Below are positions 62,313 through 64,000 of a DNA stretch of 64,000 nucleotides, in pieces. Within the stretch, counting starts at the first letter, position 1; each line of letters opens with the position of its first letter. The notes beneath the pieces were generated by a model that did not search any database, was not told the DNA's origin, and was given only the letters and a program-made list of their open reading frames with translations. Both the position numbers and the translations under genes were made by a program. The stretch is from an uncultured Kiritimatiellota bacterium (GTDB taxonomy: Bacteria; Verrucomicrobiota; Kiritimatiellia; RFP12; UBA1067). The stretch spans positions 2,125-66,124 of the forward strand of contig CAKUCX010000008.1 of NCBI GenBank assembly GCA_934643865.1, read 5' to 3'.

Positions 62313-63043
62313 CGGCCAACGCGGCCGCGCCTCACGCGCCTCAGCCACCGCAGCCAGGCGGCCGGGCGGCGGTGGACGAGCAGCGAAACGGCCGCGAGCG
62401 TCAGGGGAACGATTCCAAACGCCGCCGCGCCCGCGCGTTGCAGGAGAAGCGCCCCGGCAACGACGCCCGCGACAAAGCACACGATGACGAGCGCATAGTG
62501 CCGGGCCTTCGCGAGCTCGTTCGGATCTGTCCGGCGCAGCCACAGGTAGGCCGCGTCCGCACCGCTCCGCAGGTTGCCCGTACACATCGTGGACGCGAAC
62601 GGAAGCCCCCGCACCCGGCGGAACGCCTGCACCTGCATGGCGCAGACGAACGAGATCAACGCCGCCACCGCGAAGTCGAAGGGGCCGGCGGGCATCCAGA
62701 CGACGGCGAGCAGCAGCGCGGCCTCAATCCACAAGACGACCTGATGCCACCCGAAGCGGCGGGCGTGCGCGCAGCGCGCGTGGACGGCGTTCGCGAACAT
62801 GACCCCGGCCCCGTAGGCGACGACGGCGCAGACGCCATGCGCCGCCCCCCACGCATCGCCCGCCGCCAGCCGAAGGCCGATGATCACCAGATTGCCGGTG
62901 ACCGCGTTCGCGAACACGCCGCCCCGGAAGAGGTAGGCGTAGACATCCGTGAACCCGCCCGCCGCGCTGAGCAGGCAGGCCGCCAGCAGCCGCTCCTCTC
63001 GCAACGGCATCTGCGACGCGCCCTGTAAGAGTCTCTTCGCCAT
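62309..63043 (-). CDS. YoaK/DUF1275 family membrane protein
   Basis: ...AAGGFTDVYAYLFRGGVFANAVTGNLV... is present and the protein is polytopic. The start was chosen at ATG 63043 (MAKRLL) because the -10 box lies at 63055-63063. In-frame ATGs at 63064 and 63121 are alternatives. Confidence 0.7.
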   Translation of the reverse strand: MAKRLLQGASQMPLREERLLAACLLSAAGGFTDVYAYLFRGGVFANAVTGNLVIIGLRLAAGDAWGAAHGVCAVVAYGAGVMFANAVHARCAHARRFGWHQVVLWIEAALLLAVVWMPAGPFDFAVAALISFVCAMQVQAFRRVRGLPFASTMCTGNLRSGADAAYLWLRRTDPNELAKARHYALVIVCFVAGVVAGALLLQRAGAAAFGIVPLTLAAVSLLVHRRPAAWLRWLRRVRRGRVGR

Positions 63044-63054
63044 GGCCTGGTCAC

Positions 63055-63063
63055 AGTATACCA
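63055..63063 (-). promoter_or_regulatory. extended -10 box TGGTATACT
   Basis: The reverse complement of agtatacca lies 12 nt upstream of ATG 63043, giving a near-leaderless transcript. Confidence 0.45.
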
Positions 63064-63204
63064 TAAGCACCCGCTGCCGGGCATCCGCGTCCGACTTGCA
63101 CCGAGGCCGGTGCGCGCCCATACGGACGGAGACCGCCGCGATTTAACCCAATCCTCACGGAACGCATATCGGCCTCTAACGAAGAAAGCGGATACTCTGC
63201 GGCG

Positions 63205-64000
63205 ATGAACACACATCAGGCCACATCCAGGCTCTCGGTCGACGCGCTCTTCGCGTCCGCCTGCCTTGCCGGCGCGGCGCTGGGGCTCGTCCTCGCGGCC
63301 GCGCTCGTCGCCGAGCTGGGCGCCGCCTCGGCGGACATCTGGCGGGCGGAGAGCCTCCGCTTCCTGTTCTCGTCAAACTGGGACCCGGCGGCGGCATCGC
63401 GAACGCGCTCCTCGGCACGCTCCTCATCACCGGCGGCGCGGCGGCGCTCGCAGTCCCCCCGGCGCTCGCGGCCGGCATCGGGCTTGCCGAGTTCGGCGCG
63501 GACGGGCGCTTCGCCGCGCTCGTGCGCTTCACGGTGAACGCGCTGATGGGCGTGCCGAGCGTCATCGTCGGCCTCTTCGTCTACGGCGTCCTCGTCGCGA
63601 CGACGGGGCACTTCTCCGGCTTCGCGGGCTCCGTCGCGCTCGCGATCCTCATGTTCCCGGTCGTCGTGCGCACGACCGAGGACCAGCTCGCGGGCGTCCC
63701 CGTCACGCTGCGCGAGTCGGGCCTCGCCCTCGGCGCGACGCGCACGCGCGTCACGCTCGGCCTCGTCTGCCGCGCGGCAAAGGGCGGGCTTCTCACGGGC
63801 GTCCTCCTCGCCGTCGCGCGCGTCTCGGGCGAGACGGCGCCGCTCCTCTTCACGGCGCTCTACGCGGACGCCTGGCCGACGGGCTACTTCACGGGGCCGA
63901 CGCCGTCCGCGCCCGTCTTCATCACGAACGCGACGATGGACTCGCCGTTCGAGGAATTGCACCGCATGGGATGGGGCGCGGCCCTCGTCGTCGCCGCCGC
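63205..64000 (+). pseudogene. pstA: phosphate ABC transporter permease PstA with an apparent 1-nt frameshift near 63385; 3' end outside window
   Basis: Frame A from ATG 63205 gives TM1 and ...LRFLFSSNWDP. Frame B from about 63387 gives GGGIANALLGT..., LRESGLALGATRTRV (EAA loop) and ARVSGETAPLLFTAL, and stays open to the window end. Frame B has no ATG/GTG/TTG before about 63519. Confidence 0.6.

Noticed and set aside
60933-63204. Possible integrated mobile element or prophage around the integrase-like gene
   Set aside because: Only one recombinase-like gene is present, and it appears to lack the catalytic Tyr. I could find no tRNA, no flanking direct repeats, no phage or transposase genes, and no clear GC shift. 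It is reported as a rearrangement-scarred locus, not as a mobile element.

Overview
This is a high-GC (about 70%), gene-dense bacterial chromosomal segment. I found no rRNA, tRNA or CRISPR array. Secure housekeeping genes are rpoB-rpoC-queA, purL-xseB, gluQ, rny, argH, a DHH/CBS pyrophosphatase and an mraY-like gene. They are interleaved with a large secreted glycan-foraging repertoire: GH92, a BNR sialidase, a GH127-like protein, an alpha-galactosidase-like protein, an SGNH esterase, a DUF1080 lipoprotein, a LamG protein and three about 825-aa PATR/beta-helix surface proteins. This content resembles the PVC superphylum (Verrucomicrobiota/Kiritimatiellota/Lentisphaerota), but that taxonomic call is tentative. 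Most long ORFs in the six-frame track are antisense or N-terminally over-extended artefacts of the GC content. I re-set starts using signal peptides, Shine-Dalgarno sequences and frame checks. The most system-like candidates are three. (1) A translationally coupled argH-exbB-exbD-heptahaem cytochrome/membrane fusion-apbE module, with the cytochrome where TonB/TolA would normally sit. (2) A shared C-terminal tail, G-x-x-[LI]-x-x-R-COOH, on four large secreted proteins. (3) A rearrangement-scarred corner at 60.9-64 kb holding a 21-bp perfect inverted repeat, a Tyr-less integrase-like gene and a frameshifted orphan pstA. Other direct observations are 13 correctly oriented extended -10 boxes, three apparently leaderless genes and several near-identical short DNA duplications. 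All functional calls rest on motif recognition by eye; no database search was run.
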